Made by a program: the position numbers and the translations under genes. A stretch of 64,000 bases of DNA from the IMG/VR virus record IMGVR_UViG_3300048571_000088, positions 1-64,000 of that record; one strand, written 5' to 3'. The notes under the pieces are model-generated. The model did not search any database, was not told where the DNA came from, and saw only the letters and a program-made list of their open reading frames with translations. Position 1 is the first letter of the stretch, and each line of letters begins with the position of its first letter. Below are positions 43,886 to 53,537 of the stretch, piece after piece.

Positions 43886-44443
43886 TTAACTCTTTCTATT
43901 TCTAAAAGAAGTTTTTAAATTAAAACCGTGCTGAGTAACTTTACAATCATTTGGAATTTCAGGTAAAGAAACTTCAACATCAATCTTTTGTCTTAGAAGA
44001 TAATTATAAACTTTAGTATAAATATCTTCATAACTAATAAAGTCTGTAAGACCTGTATAAGTAGTTAGCCGTGTATAAGCTTTAATACCGAAGTTACCAG
44101 GAAAAAGACCTAAATTATTACCGAACTCAAAAAATGGAAGTTCTATATGTTTAAAAATCTTCTTGAATTCAGCAGTAATTGGTACTGTTTTGTAGTACAT
44201 ATCATCTCTAAAAATATAAACAGTATCACAAATAAATAAGTACCTATAAGTGAAATAATTCAATGTAGCGACTGACTTTGAATAGTCGCGCCTAGGTACT
44301 GATACGTTAAGTAATTCTGATAAAGTTAAATTACACTCAACATATTGATATTCATAATTTAAGTTAAGAACTATACTATTATCAACACCATAAACATAAG
44401 CTAGTGTTGTAAAGTAATCAGGTTGTTTTGTAATGATTTTCAT
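43886..44443 (-). CDS. Hypothetical phage protein (start corrected to MKIITK)
   Basis: The longer ORF overlaps a tRNA; GAGG precedes the ATG at 44443. Confidence 0.6.
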   Translation of the reverse strand: MKIITKQPDYFTTLAYVYGVDNSIVLNLNYEYQYVECNLTLSELLNVSVPRRDYSKSVATLNYFTYRYLFICDTVYIFRDDMYYKTVPITAEFKKIFKHIELPFFEFGNNLGLFPGNFGIKAYTRLTTYTGLTDFISYEDIYTKVYNYLLRQKIDVEVSLPEIPNDCKVTQHGFNLKTSFRNRKS

Positions 44444-44460
44444 ATGAAAATCCTCTGTGA

Positions 44461-44549
44461 TGGTGGGTGAGGTGGGATTCGAACCCACAATGACTTTCGT
44501 CTTATTTGTTATGAGCAAATCGCACTTCGACCAATATTGCTGCTCACCC
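44461..44549 (-). tRNA. tRNA with CAU anticodon (Ile2/Met) and long variable arm
   Basis: GGGUGAG/CUCACCC-A-CCA, AUUUG-CUCAUAA-CAAAU, extra arm GAC-GAAA-GUC. Confidence 0.88.
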
Positions 44550-44716
44550 AAATGAGTCTAATTATCTTAGACTCAGAAATAAGGTAATTGCCTTTATTAT
44601 GCTATGCAAAAATAATTTCAATTACACTGTATTTAAAAATACTAAAAACTGCTTTAAAGATTTGCTCAGTAGTCAATTCTTTCATAATTTCTACAGTTTC
44701 TGTATTAGTTACTTTG

Positions 44717-45100
44717 TTAATTGCAAATTTTATAAGTTACTTTACACGTACCTTGTTTTAAAAATCCTAACTCTTTAGCTGCTCGTTTAGATAAATCAAA
44801 AGATCTTCCATACTTATGAAATCCTCCTCTATCATTAATTTTAATTGTAACAGTTTTACCATTTTCAATGTTTGTTAAACAAACATTGGTACCAAATGGG
44901 ATACTGTTATGTGCACCAGTGAGAGCATTTTGATTGTATATTTCTCCATTAGCTGTACGCTTTCCGTGGAAATTTGGTCCGTACCATGATGCAATTGCAG
45001 CATAAGAATGAACTGTACCTAAAATGAAAAGAAATATAAAAGCAAATAAGTTTTTCAATGTTTTTACCTTAAAGTGAGTGTTGGTTATGTAATCCAACAT
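44717..45100 (-). CDS. rlpA: RlpA-family lytic transglycosylase (DPBB)
   Basis: ASWYGPNFHGKRTANGE, TGAH..PFGT, INDRG and DLSKRAA. Confidence 0.92.
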   Translation of the reverse strand: MLDYITNTHFKVKTLKNLFAFIFLFILGTVHSYAAIASWYGPNFHGKRTANGEIYNQNALTGAHNSIPFGTNVCLTNIENGKTVTIKINDRGGFHKYGRSFDLSKRAAKELGFLKQGTCKVTYKICN

Positions 45101-45155
45101 TGGTTTATCGCACCAATCATTTTAGCGTGAGATTTAAATAACATCTCCAAATACG

Positions 45156-45229
45156 TAGTAGTATCTGATTTGAACAGATCGCAAGAGTGTTTTAAAACAC
45201 TCTTGGTGTCACTTTCTGCCAACTAACTA
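45156..45229 (-). ncRNA. Degenerate tRNA-like element with hyper-extended anticodon stem
   Basis: T arm AUCUG-UUCAAAU-CAGAU; perfect palindrome CAAGAGUGUUUUAAAACACUCUUG in the anticodon position. Confidence 0.5.
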
Positions 45230-45237
45230 AAATTTGC

Positions 45238-45582
45238 TTAGTTAAGCCCTTTTAACAGATTTATATAATTTGCTAAATCTGGTTTATTACTGCTTAAAGA
45301 AGCCATTATAGTATTTTCATTATTAAAAATATATAATGTAGGGAGATTATTAACTCCATATTTAGGCTGAAGAGAAGGAATTTCTTCTAAGTCTAAAACA
45401 TAGAAGTTATACTGTCCTTTGTAAACACCAGACAAAGTCTCTAAAATGTGTACATAAGGAGCATGATCTTTAGCAAGTAAAGAGTCAGGTAAAAACAAAA
45501 TAACGGAAGATTTAGTCTTCTTATTACTTACGTGTCGTTTATAAGCTTCCTCTGTTGAGATCTGCTTAATTGAACTTGTCAT
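45238..45582 (-). CDS. Thioredoxin-fold protein lacking CxxC
   Basis: FYVLDLEE...KYGVNNLPTLYIF thioredoxin-like C-terminal half; no cysteines. Confidence 0.55.
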   Translation of the reverse strand: MTSSIKQISTEEAYKRHVSNKKTKSSVILFLPDSLLAKDHAPYVHILETLSGVYKGQYNFYVLDLEEIPSLQPKYGVNNLPTLYIFNNENTIMASLSSNKPDLANYINLLKGLN

Positions 45583-45783
45583 AAAAATTCTCTTTATTTT
45601 GATGTGAAAAAGATTTTGTACGTGTTTTTCGGGAAGGTTTTACATACTCGTCTGCTAAAGGTGTGTGTTGACGAGGTTTTATAACTTTAGCAGGCAAGCG
45701 ATCAGTTTCATATAAATTTGGAATTTCATAGTTCCAGTCATTATTTGAATTACTATGCATAACTTTGTTTGTCTCTTTACTGG

Positions 45784-46251
45784 TTAAGGAAGGGTTTTAG
45801 TAAGTATCGTACTAGAAGTAAATAAAGAATCAGGTAATTTTCCAATTGTAATGTGAAATGGATAATCACTAGATAAACCTAATTTTTTTCTAATACAATC
45901 TAACTCAGTTGAGTGTACTCGCAAGGCATAAAAACGCCAATGACGGTACACTCTAGGATCACATTCAACTTTAAATTGTTTGTTTTTAATTTGATTTAGA
46001 AACTGTTCATTTCTTTTTATATCAATCTTTTGACGTCCATCTGCAATTGTAATATGAGCACCAAAAGGTGGTAATTCTAAAACCACTCCGTACTGTTTGT
46101 AAACTAAAGAAGAATATAATTTAGCAAAATCATTAGAGACTTTGCCAATAATTAGCTCTTCTTCGTAGTTTCGTTTTTTATTTTTAATACGGAGTCTACT
46201 TTCAGGGAATACTTCAATTTTAGTTGAAATTGTAAAAAGATTTGATGTCAT
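45784..46251 (-). CDS. 2H phosphoesterase family protein
   Basis: Two HxT motifs: GAHITI and PFHITIG. Confidence 0.8.
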   Translation of the reverse strand: MTSNLFTISTKIEVFPESRLRIKNKKRNYEEELIIGKVSNDFAKLYSSLVYKQYGVVLELPPFGAHITIADGRQKIDIKRNEQFLNQIKNKQFKVECDPRVYRHWRFYALRVHSTELDCIRKKLGLSSDYPFHITIGKLPDSLFTSSTILTKTLP

Positions 46252-46254
46252 AAG

Positions 46255-48627
46255 TTATAAACGAGGGTCTAAAGTTTTTTCTACAGAAAATTCATTAAGA
46301 ATATCTGCGTAAAGATTAAATTTCTCTTCTTCTGTTGCTACTAGAAGCTTTTCATTTAATACTTGTTCTTTGTTACTAGTACTTGCTTTTCTACTAATGT
46401 TTTTACTCATTGATAGACTTTTAAGATTAGTATCATAATCGGACCCATACACTAGACGTAAGTATTCAGGATTACGAATTTTCATGTAAGGGACTACTTT
46501 TTCATCCCAAACATCAGGTTTGACAACAATACCTTCTTTTGTATAGTCTTTAATTTCACTAGAATAATAAGATTTAAGAGCTAAACAATCTTCCTCTGAA
46601 GATAAATCAAAGGAAACAAAAGGAATATTGTATTCTGTGTTGACTACAGAAAGAGATGTCTTTAATAGTGATTTTCCATTATTAAAAATAACGCCGAAAC
46701 ATTTAAAATAAGGATCACACTCACACGAGTGGATATCTAATTGATTTTTAAATTTCTCAAGTTTTTCAAGCTTTAAGTCAATGTCATCAATCCCGTTGAA
46801 GTTTAATTCTTGAAGAAAAATTAACTCTTCTTTGTTACACTCATAGTAAGGAGTAAAAGATTTATCAATTAGTCCTAGTCCAAGTGCACTCCAAGGCATT
46901 AATTCATTATCTAGAATTAGCAGGTCACCTTGGATTTTATCTTTATACTGCAACCATTGCTCTTTTAAAGCTTTTTGTAACCATTCACAGTCTTTAATTT
47001 TCCAACCGTTTCGAGAGATTGCATAACAATCTTCTAATTTAGGAGTAATATAAGACTGAGCACGAGAACCCATAAACTTTGTTTGTGCAATTACTTTTGT
47101 AATTCCTTTAGATAGAAAATAAGAAATTGCTGTGTCAATACCTTCTAGATTATAAACAGACAAATCATGATTAATATAGGAAGGAGAAGGAGTCATAGTA
47201 GGAGACATATACTTATTACCTTGCAACATTAATCGATTAATTTGTTTGATAACAAAAGGATCTAGGTTTTCATACTTTTTAGTATCAAGTTTTTTAAATT
47301 TACTTAAGCAGTAATTAAAATCTTTTGGTTGTACCTCAAGATTAAAATTCTCTGATTGTTCATAAATAAATTCAGGTTTTGTTGAGCTTTGATTAAAGAT
47401 TGCTGCTGTCAAGTAACCACCTTCAACGCAAGCTTGATCAATTGAAATTTTATTTTTATAAGTGTGGCTAGTCTTATTAACATTTACATGTCCAAAAACA
47501 TGCAAAGGTAAAATTAAGTTTGCTTCCTTAAACAAATAATCAACTTGATCTAAAACAGGTACATCCCAGTTAAAATCTTGTTTGAACATATACTTTAAAG
47601 ACTTAGAATCTTTTTTGTTTAGGTACTTATTTAAACAAGGACTGTGAGTAGCAATAAGCTGAAAGGATGCAGTATTGTAGCTAATATAATCGTATGCTTT
47701 AGCGTACAACTTTAAAAACGTTTCGCTGAGTTCTTTGTCAGCTAGTAAAGGAACAATAGAAGAGAAATGTTTTGTTTCCTCATTTAAGCTGTAAACAAAA
47801 GAGTTATCATTTAATTTACGAGCGACCCAATTCTCATGATTACCTTTTACCAGAATTAAGTCTGGACGAGAGTCTAAATACTCCACTAATTCTTTTGTCT
47901 TGTCATTCTTATCAATCCAGTCACCTAAGAGACAGATAGAATAAAGAGTAACATTTTTGGTACTAAAATAAGTTTCAATTTTAAGAATTAGTTTTTTAAG
48001 TGTTTCGACGCACTCGTGAACATCGCCAATAATAGCTAACTGATGATCAAACTGATTTTTAAATACACGTACACCGGAAGACTCTGCCACTACAGAAAAA
48101 TCTTCAAGTTCTTTTTTAATCTTAAAGATTTTTAAATAGTTTTTAGAGTTTAAATGTGAATAAACACTTTCTTTAAGTTTCTTAGATTGTTGTTTAATTA
48201 CACTAATCATACTGTCTTGTTTATTACGAGATAAAGCTAATTGCTCAGGAAGTTCAAACAAGACCATGTAACTTGCATAATGATGTTTATTTGTAACCTC
48301 TAAAACATCATTACGAAAACTCTCTGAAAGACCAGTAGTATCGACAATAATATAATCTGTATTTACAGGATAGGTACAGTTTGCTTCCAAAGTATTGAAC
48401 AAAATACTAAATGCTTGCTGTGATACTGTCATACCTAACTTAGTACGAACATTATCATCTGACGACAAACCTAACAGTTGACGGCGAATAGCATCAGAAG
48501 AAATAATTGTACAAGTAAAGCCTTGTTTAATTAGTTTTTCTTTTAGCTTTTCTGCATAAGTAGTTTTACCTGAGTGAGAAATACCTACTAAGGTAATTAC
48601 ACTGTTAGGTTTAAAATTAAATTCCAC
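46255..48627 (-). CDS. pnkp: Bacterial-type polynucleotide kinase-phosphatase-ligase
   Basis: Kinase GISHSGKTT; phosphoesterase GDVH, GDWIDK, GNHE, FGH; ligase KFMGSRA, DNELMPWS, EGIVVKP, RNPEYLRLVYG; C-terminal DPRL. Confidence 0.92.
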   Translation of the reverse strand: MEFNFKPNSVITLVGISHSGKTTYAEKLKEKLIKQGFTCTIISSDAIRRQLLGLSSDDNVRTKLGMTVSQQAFSILFNTLEANCTYPVNTDYIIVDTTGLSESFRNDVLEVTNKHHYASYMVLFELPEQLALSRNKQDSMISVIKQQSKKLKESVYSHLNSKNYLKIFKIKKELEDFSVVAESSGVRVFKNQFDHQLAIIGDVHECVETLKKLILKIETYFSTKNVTLYSICLLGDWIDKNDKTKELVEYLDSRPDLILVKGNHENWVARKLNDNSFVYSLNEETKHFSSIVPLLADKELSETFLKLYAKAYDYISYNTASFQLIATHSPCLNKYLNKKDSKSLKYMFKQDFNWDVPVLDQVDYLFKEANLILPLHVFGHVNVNKTSHTYKNKISIDQACVEGGYLTAAIFNQSSTKPEFIYEQSENFNLEVQPKDFNYCLSKFKKLDTKKYENLDPFVIKQINRLMLQGNKYMSPTMTPSPSYINHDLSVYNLEGIDTAISYFLSKGITKVIAQTKFMGSRAQSYITPKLEDCYAISRNGWKIKDCEWLQKALKEQWLQYKDKIQGDLLILDNELMPWSALGLGLIDKSFTPYYECNKEELIFLQELNFNGIDDIDLKLEKLEKFKNQLDIHSCECDPYFKCFGVIFNNGKSLLKTSLSVVNTEYNIPFVSFDLSSEEDCLALKSYYSSEIKDYTKEGIVVKPDVWDEKVVPYMKIRNPEYLRLVYGSDYDTNLKSLSMSKNISRKASTSNKEQVLNEKLLVATEEEKFNLYADILNEFSVEKTLDPRL

Positions 48628-49888
48628 AAGGCACCTTTTTTAAAGTAAAAACAGATAAAAGAGTAGGACAACTGTAAGTTGATTTTGCTAGATTACCAAG
48701 AGGTTTAACAACAATATCGTAACCTTCAGTATTAATTTCTGCTATAAAATTAACAAACTCTGATTGTGTAGGTTCCCATAAGTGATCTTTATGTCGAATT
48801 TCTTCTTCTTTGATACCATAATAAACATTAAAATCTTTATTAGGAACAGTAAGAATAATTGTTTCAACTTTTTTATCTACAAGAAATTGAAGAAGAGTAG
48901 AAGCTTCCTCTTTAGGAATATGTTCTAACACTTCAGTACACAAGACTACTTGAACATTCTCAGATAAATCTTCTTGAGTTTGTAAATAATCAAAAATACA
49001 TTGATTGTATAATTCTGTATTCTCAATTTCTCGTTTTTTAACAAACCACTCTAAAGATTCAAAAACATCTGGATCTTTTTCTACGGCGATAATATGTTTA
49101 AAAAGATTCTTAAGATGCTTAACATATAGTCCTTCTCCTGCTCCAAGATCAAGTAAAGTTTTATCGGCAGGATTAGGTAAGTCTTTTACTTCTTTAATAA
49201 TTGCTTTCAGACGTTGTTCACTGTTATTACCGAAATAAAAAGTGAATGGAGTAGTCTGATCAAAAAATAAAGAAGCTTGATTATGCTTTGCTACAGAATT
49301 TGCTTTGCTAATAAAGCTACAAAGACTAATATAATCTTGAGTGTAGCGTGGAAGAATTTCTTGATACTTTTCAAACTCTCCGTCACAAAAATAAAAATAA
49401 TCTGTTGTCTGGTATTGCATATAGCACCAAACACAAATTTTATTTAAAATGTCATGGATTGTATCACCTGTGACAGTCACTTTAAAATGATTTGCTGAGG
49501 TTAAAACTTCAAGGTTAATTCCATCTAAAATAACTTTAGGTCGAGGAACAAGGCACAAGAAACTAGCAAAAGAAGTAAAACCTTTTTCATCCATTTCGTG
49601 TTGTTTTTTAAAACAAGTTGAAAGATGATTTTGAATAAGTTTTAAATATAATTCAGGATTACATGTACTAGAATAATCTAAGTATTCAAAAGAATCAGAA
49701 TTCTTATTTGGAATCTTTGATAAGTACAAGCTAAAATCTTTAGCTACTTTTGGATCAGGGAACCAAGAGAAAGATTTGTACGTACTACAATTCTTTTTAA
49801 ACACCCCAGACTCAATTTGAGTCTGGGGGTTTTTATTTACAATGTATGACAAGTTTGGGTTGTCAGTGCAAATATTTAAAACAGCCAT
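48617..49888 (-). CDS. hen1: Hen1 3'-terminal RNA 2'-O-methyltransferase
   Basis: N-terminal LSYIVNKNP (Hen1-L-like), LDLGAGEG, EVLEH, TVPN..FN and RHKDHLWE; overlaps the pnkp start. Confidence 0.9.
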   Translation of the reverse strand: MAVLNICTDNPNLSYIVNKNPQTQIESGVFKKNCSTYKSFSWFPDPKVAKDFSLYLSKIPNKNSDSFEYLDYSSTCNPELYLKLIQNHLSTCFKKQHEMDEKGFTSFASFLCLVPRPKVILDGINLEVLTSANHFKVTVTGDTIHDILNKICVWCYMQYQTTDYFYFCDGEFEKYQEILPRYTQDYISLCSFISKANSVAKHNQASLFFDQTTPFTFYFGNNSEQRLKAIIKEVKDLPNPADKTLLDLGAGEGLYVKHLKNLFKHIIAVEKDPDVFESLEWFVKKREIENTELYNQCIFDYLQTQEDLSENVQVVLCTEVLEHIPKEEASTLLQFLVDKKVETIILTVPNKDFNVYYGIKEEEIRHKDHLWEPTQSEFVNFIAEINTEGYDIVVKPLGNLAKSTYSCPTLLSVFTLKKVPCGI

Positions 49889-49894
49889 AAGTGA

Positions 49895-50854
49895 TTATCC
49901 TGAAATGATTGGGCAACAATCTGACCCATCACTAATATATTTAAGAACTGCCTGAAAAGCATCTTCATTTTCTTGTAGATCAATCTTAAAAGCTTTGTGT
50001 TTTAAAAGATGACGAAGAGCTTGTAAGCGGCCTTCTGAACGACTAAAACTGTCTTTTGAAGAACAATAAGCCAGCGAACAAATTGCAACTTTAGCTTTTG
50101 TATCTACATCTGTAAGTGTAACTACAAGAACAGTAGCTCCACCTAAAGCACTTAAAGTAAATTGTTCTTTAGGAGTACCTTGTGTCCAAGTATTCCAAGA
50201 TGATGTAGTTACTAGCATAGCATTGCCGCTTAAATCGCGAACAAGACGTAAATGGCAAAATTGATGATCAAGTGTGTTTTGTCCATCTTTTTTCAGTTTA
50301 TTAACAACACTGAAAAAACTTTCTTCAAGTTGTTTATTACTTTGTTTCTTGGCTGTGTATGCTTTTTTAGAATCTACAGAATGATTATTTCGTGTAAAAA
50401 GTAATCCAAGAGCTTTAACAATGAATTCATTTTCAGATACTACAGTAGTAGAACGAGGCGTAAAATCACTTAAAGGAAAAGTTTCTTCAACACGTGCAAC
50501 ACCTGTTTTTAAAATACTTTTCAAGACATAATTAACACCTAGTCGTCGACTAAATCCAGTTTCTGTGGAATAACAGATAGTTGATTTGTGATACTTAGTT
50601 CCGTCTTCAGTCTCTAGAATTGCTACGGTCATTCCAGCTTCAGGATAGAAACAATTCTTCAAAGCACGAGAAGGAGAGATATTTTTACCTACATGGTAAA
50701 AAGAAATACTTTTTAACGCTGAAGAATCATTACTTACAATCCGTTGTGACCACTGATTGAAAATATTCTTTTTCATATTTTCATTTTGAATTGACAGTTG
50801 CTTATTTTTAATAGCTTGAATGCTAGTTGCTTGCATGATAGTTTTCCTATTCAA
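49895..50854 (-). CDS. Hypothetical protein with internal domain duplication
   Basis: AGMTVA...ICYS...FSRRLG and GGATVL...YCSSKDSFSRSEG repeated. Confidence 0.5.
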   Translation of the reverse strand: MNRKTIMQATSIQAIKNKQLSIQNENMKKNIFNQWSQRIVSNDSSALKSISFYHVGKNISPSRALKNCFYPEAGMTVAILETEDGTKYHKSTICYSTETGFSRRLGVNYVLKSILKTGVARVEETFPLSDFTPRSTTVVSENEFIVKALGLLFTRNNHSVDSKKAYTAKKQSNKQLEESFFSVVNKLKKDGQNTLDHQFCHLRLVRDLSGNAMLVTTSSWNTWTQGTPKEQFTLSALGGATVLVVTLTDVDTKAKVAICSLAYCSSKDSFSRSEGRLQALRHLLKHKAFKIDLQENEDAFQAVLKYISDGSDCCPIISG

Positions 50855-50892
50855 AGATAATTTTTGTGTTGTTACACAATATTAAGAGTAAA

Positions 50893-51624
50893 TTACCAAG
50901 TTTTAAATATCTTGGCAATAGAGTTTACAAACCAACCTTTCGGTTGTAACAGATATTTTGTCCCGTGATATAAATCAACGAGTAGTTCTGACTTAGATGC
51001 TTGAATAGTACAATTGTTACTACGATATTGACAATAAATGTAGTAGGAAATAATAGACAAGAGAATAAAGGAAGTAGGATAAATAATAATATGACGTTTA
51101 AGTCTACTACCATTGATAGTCTCATATAAGTCTCCAGCAATAGTACTATGAGAGATTCCGGTTTCTTCTGTAGCGTGATACAGAAATACTTTTTTAGCAT
51201 CAGAAGTCAATTTTTCAAATTCTTTCGTATCTAAAGCTTCTTTACAAAGACAATAAGTAATATGCTCAAGACACTCAGTAATTAATAACTTGTCTTCGTT
51301 TGTAAGTTTATAGGCAAAATTAAGTAACTTACCTGTTAAAGCTTCTAGACGAATAAGACAGTCATTATTATGAAGATCACTAATAATTTTATTTAACTGG
51401 ATATGTACTGCTGTATGTGCATTTTCTTCTTTTGAAAAAGAAATGATTCGAGTTTTATATTCAGGTTGTGAATGAAAGTAGTTAGTTAAAGACTTCATAA
51501 AAAACTTTTCACCTTCTTTAAAAGTAGAAGATAAGGCAGAAAGTAAATAAGTGTTAAAATAATTATTGTTGAAATATTTATAATCAACAGTGTTAATATC
51601 TTTTACAGTAATTGTTGTAGTCAT
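50893..51624 (-). CDS. Ferritin-like predicted metal-dependent hydrolase
   Basis: LSSTFKEGEKFF, EENAH..VH, LEHIT and HATEE...H diiron-type motifs. Confidence 0.75.
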   Translation of the reverse strand: MTTTITVKDINTVDYKYFNNNYFNTYLLSALSSTFKEGEKFFMKSLTNYFHSQPEYKTRIISFSKEENAHTAVHIQLNKIISDLHNNDCLIRLEALTGKLLNFAYKLTNEDKLLITECLEHITYCLCKEALDTKEFEKLTSDAKKVFLYHATEETGISHSTIAGDLYETINGSRLKRHIIIYPTSFILLSIISYYIYCQYRSNNCTIQASKSELLVDLYHGTKYLLQPKGWFVNSIAKIFKTW

Positions 51625-51679
51625 TTTAAAAATCCTCTAAGTTATATTGAGGAGCCTTTGACTTTGACTCCTCAATAAT

Positions 51680-51688
51680 ATTATAACA
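51680..51688 (-). promoter_or_regulatory. Possible extended -10 promoter
   Basis: TGTTATAAT (TGnTATAAT) on the minus strand in an intergenic gap, followed by the hairpin ATTGAGGAG/CTCCTCAAT. Confidence 0.4.
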
Positions 51689-52014
51689 GAATTAAAAGAA
51701 TTTAATAAGTTCTTTAGAGGCCAGAAATTATCCTTTAAAACATCCTGCAACCCAAAGATGTTGCCGACAAGTATGCTGATGAGCTTTCCAAGGGTTAGGT
51801 TCATTAATAGAATTAAAAAGCTTATTGCAATAAGTCAAAGTAACTTTAGCTTTAGCTTTAGCTTTTAAACCTAACACGGTTAAACTTTTTTCAACTAAGT
51901 AAACTAATTCATCACTGGAAACAGTTTTTAATTTGTTTTTAGTCACGAGTTGGTTTACTTTTTGACAGATTTGAACTTTATCGCTACGGGTAAACAGCAT
52001 GTTGGAACATCCTT

Positions 52015-52524
52015 TTAAATGAAACTGGAAGAAAGGGATTGTTTAACGAGAAGAAATTCTTTCATGTACTTTTCAATACGTTTAATTTCTTTGGCTACAT
52101 CATTAGTTTTTGTTCGACTAATGGTAGAATTATGAATCAAATCAGCCATTTTAACTAGCTTTACAAAATCATTGCTTTTGCAAATCTTTTCAATATAGTC
52201 TGACCGTGATTCTAAGTTTTTACAATAAGTAAGAGTCTTTAGTGCCAGTTCAGCATAAAGATCAATTCCTTTAATACTTCTTAATTCTTGAAATTTTTCG
52301 GGATGATCTTCTAATAAATCGTGACACAAACCAAGAGTATATAACTGCGAACTAAATTGATTTGTTTTTTCTTCTAACAAAGAAGAAGCAAGATTAGCAA
52401 CAGTAATGCAATGATCAAAATAAGGGCGGCCATCGCCTTTACAAATATCTTCTTGAAAAGCATTTTTTAAAAAATCTACTAATTCAAGATTTTTAAACTC
52501 TGGGTGAATTGAAGTCAAATACAT
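52015..52524 (-). CDS. HD-domain hydrolase, SpoT/Mesh1-like
   Basis: GRPYFDH, LCHDLLED and LVKMADLIHN. Confidence 0.8.
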   Translation of the reverse strand: MYLTSIHPEFKNLELVDFLKNAFQEDICKGDGRPYFDHCITVANLASSLLEEKTNQFSSQLYTLGLCHDLLEDHPEKFQELRSIKGIDLYAELALKTLTYCKNLESRSDYIEKICKSNDFVKLVKMADLIHNSTISRTKTNDVAKEIKRIEKYMKEFLLVKQSLSSSFI

Positions 52525-52525
52525 T

Positions 52526-52948
52526 TTAAATCTCCAAGCAGCAAATTTCGTCGATAAGGGAGTACCAACAAAACTTTAAAGTTTTGTTGGAAGTAATAGC
52601 AAGTTCACAAGACAAACAAGGTTTAGAGGAAACAAGCGCTCCTTTTGAATTCAACCTAACAACAAAAATTGCATAAGGATTTGAAGCCTTAATTAAAGTT
52701 GCAATTTCTGCGTGTAAGTTTATTTTCAATACTTGATCTTTAGCTTTTACTGCGTAGTAATACTGAACTGGATGTGATTTTATGCGTTTTTGGTAAGACA
52801 TTGCAATAATATGGCCTTGTTTATTCATTGCTACGCAGCAAAATTTAAACTTGGGATCAGGATTACTTTTTGCATGTACTATGCATTTTTGAAAAGATCT
52901 TCTAAATTTTTGAGGAATCTTTTGCAACTTTTCCTGCATTTTGTACAT
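52526..52948 (-). CDS. Cytidine/dCMP deaminase-fold protein
   Basis: LHAEI...SKPCLSC zinc motif. Confidence 0.8.
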   Translation of the reverse strand: MYKMQEKLQKIPQKFRRSFQKCIVHAKSNPDPKFKFCCVAMNKQGHIIAMSYQKRIKSHPVQYYYAVKAKDQVLKINLHAEIATLIKASNPYAIFVVRLNSKGALVSSKPCLSCELAITSNKTLKFCWYSLIDEICCLEI

Positions 52949-53537
52949 AACCTTTAGAAGTCAACACCTTACACATTGTAGTCAAAAGATTTAAATCTAC
53001 ATAACAAATCGACTTAGTATCTTCGAACAGACGAGATTTTAATTGATTCATGTGTAAACTACATACTACTGTGTTATCTTTTGTGTACCCTCCCGTGTTA
53101 TTGACTCGGTCAATAGTACGATGAGTGCTCAGTGTACTGTCATGATCAGTAAGTACAACATTACTATAATGACAACGTTTTAGACGATAAAAACGCTTAA
53201 TATCTGTTAAAGTCAAATCAAATGCAAAATTACGAGACTGTGCACGATCAAAAATATTCATGTATTTTTGAGCTACAATAAAATCATATGGCATTTCTTC
53301 TTTGATTTTACTAGCTAAACCAAACAGACCTCGCCAATTAGGTTGATCTGTTTGTTTAAGGTGCTGTGAGTACGATGGGTGCGCCAAAATTACTTTTAAT
53401 GTTTCTTCAAGAAACGAAGAATCCTGATAAGAAGTTAATTTTGAGTTGAAATCGGCCATTAACTTTTTATGTTGATCAACCCGATAGTTTTTCAAAAAGT
53501 TAAAAGTTGCTTGGGATACTACAGGTTCTTGACTCAT
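52902..53537 (-). CDS. HNH-like fold protein (resembles T4 Srd-like phage proteins)
   Basis: AQSRNFAFDLT...CHYS...TIDRVNNTGGYTKDNTVVC...N..K. Confidence 0.55.
   Translation of the reverse strand: MSQEPVVSQATFNFLKNYRVDQHKKLMADFNSKLTSYQDSSFLEETLKVILAHPSYSQHLKQTDQPNWRGLFGLASKIKEEMPYDFIVAQKYMNIFDRAQSRNFAFDLTLTDIKRFYRLKRCHYSNVVLTDHDSTLSTHRTIDRVNNTGGYTKDNTVVCSLHMNQLKSRLFEDTKSICYVDLNLLTTMCKVLTSKGYVQNAGKVAKDSSKI

Noticed and set aside
44444-44551. N-terminal extension of ORF 43886..44551
   Set aside because: Coincides with a complete tRNA gene; a downstream ATG with an SD is more plausible.
51845-51866. (TTTAGC)n short tandem repeat
   Set aside because: In-frame KAKAKAK low-complexity coding repeat; no evidence of phase variation.
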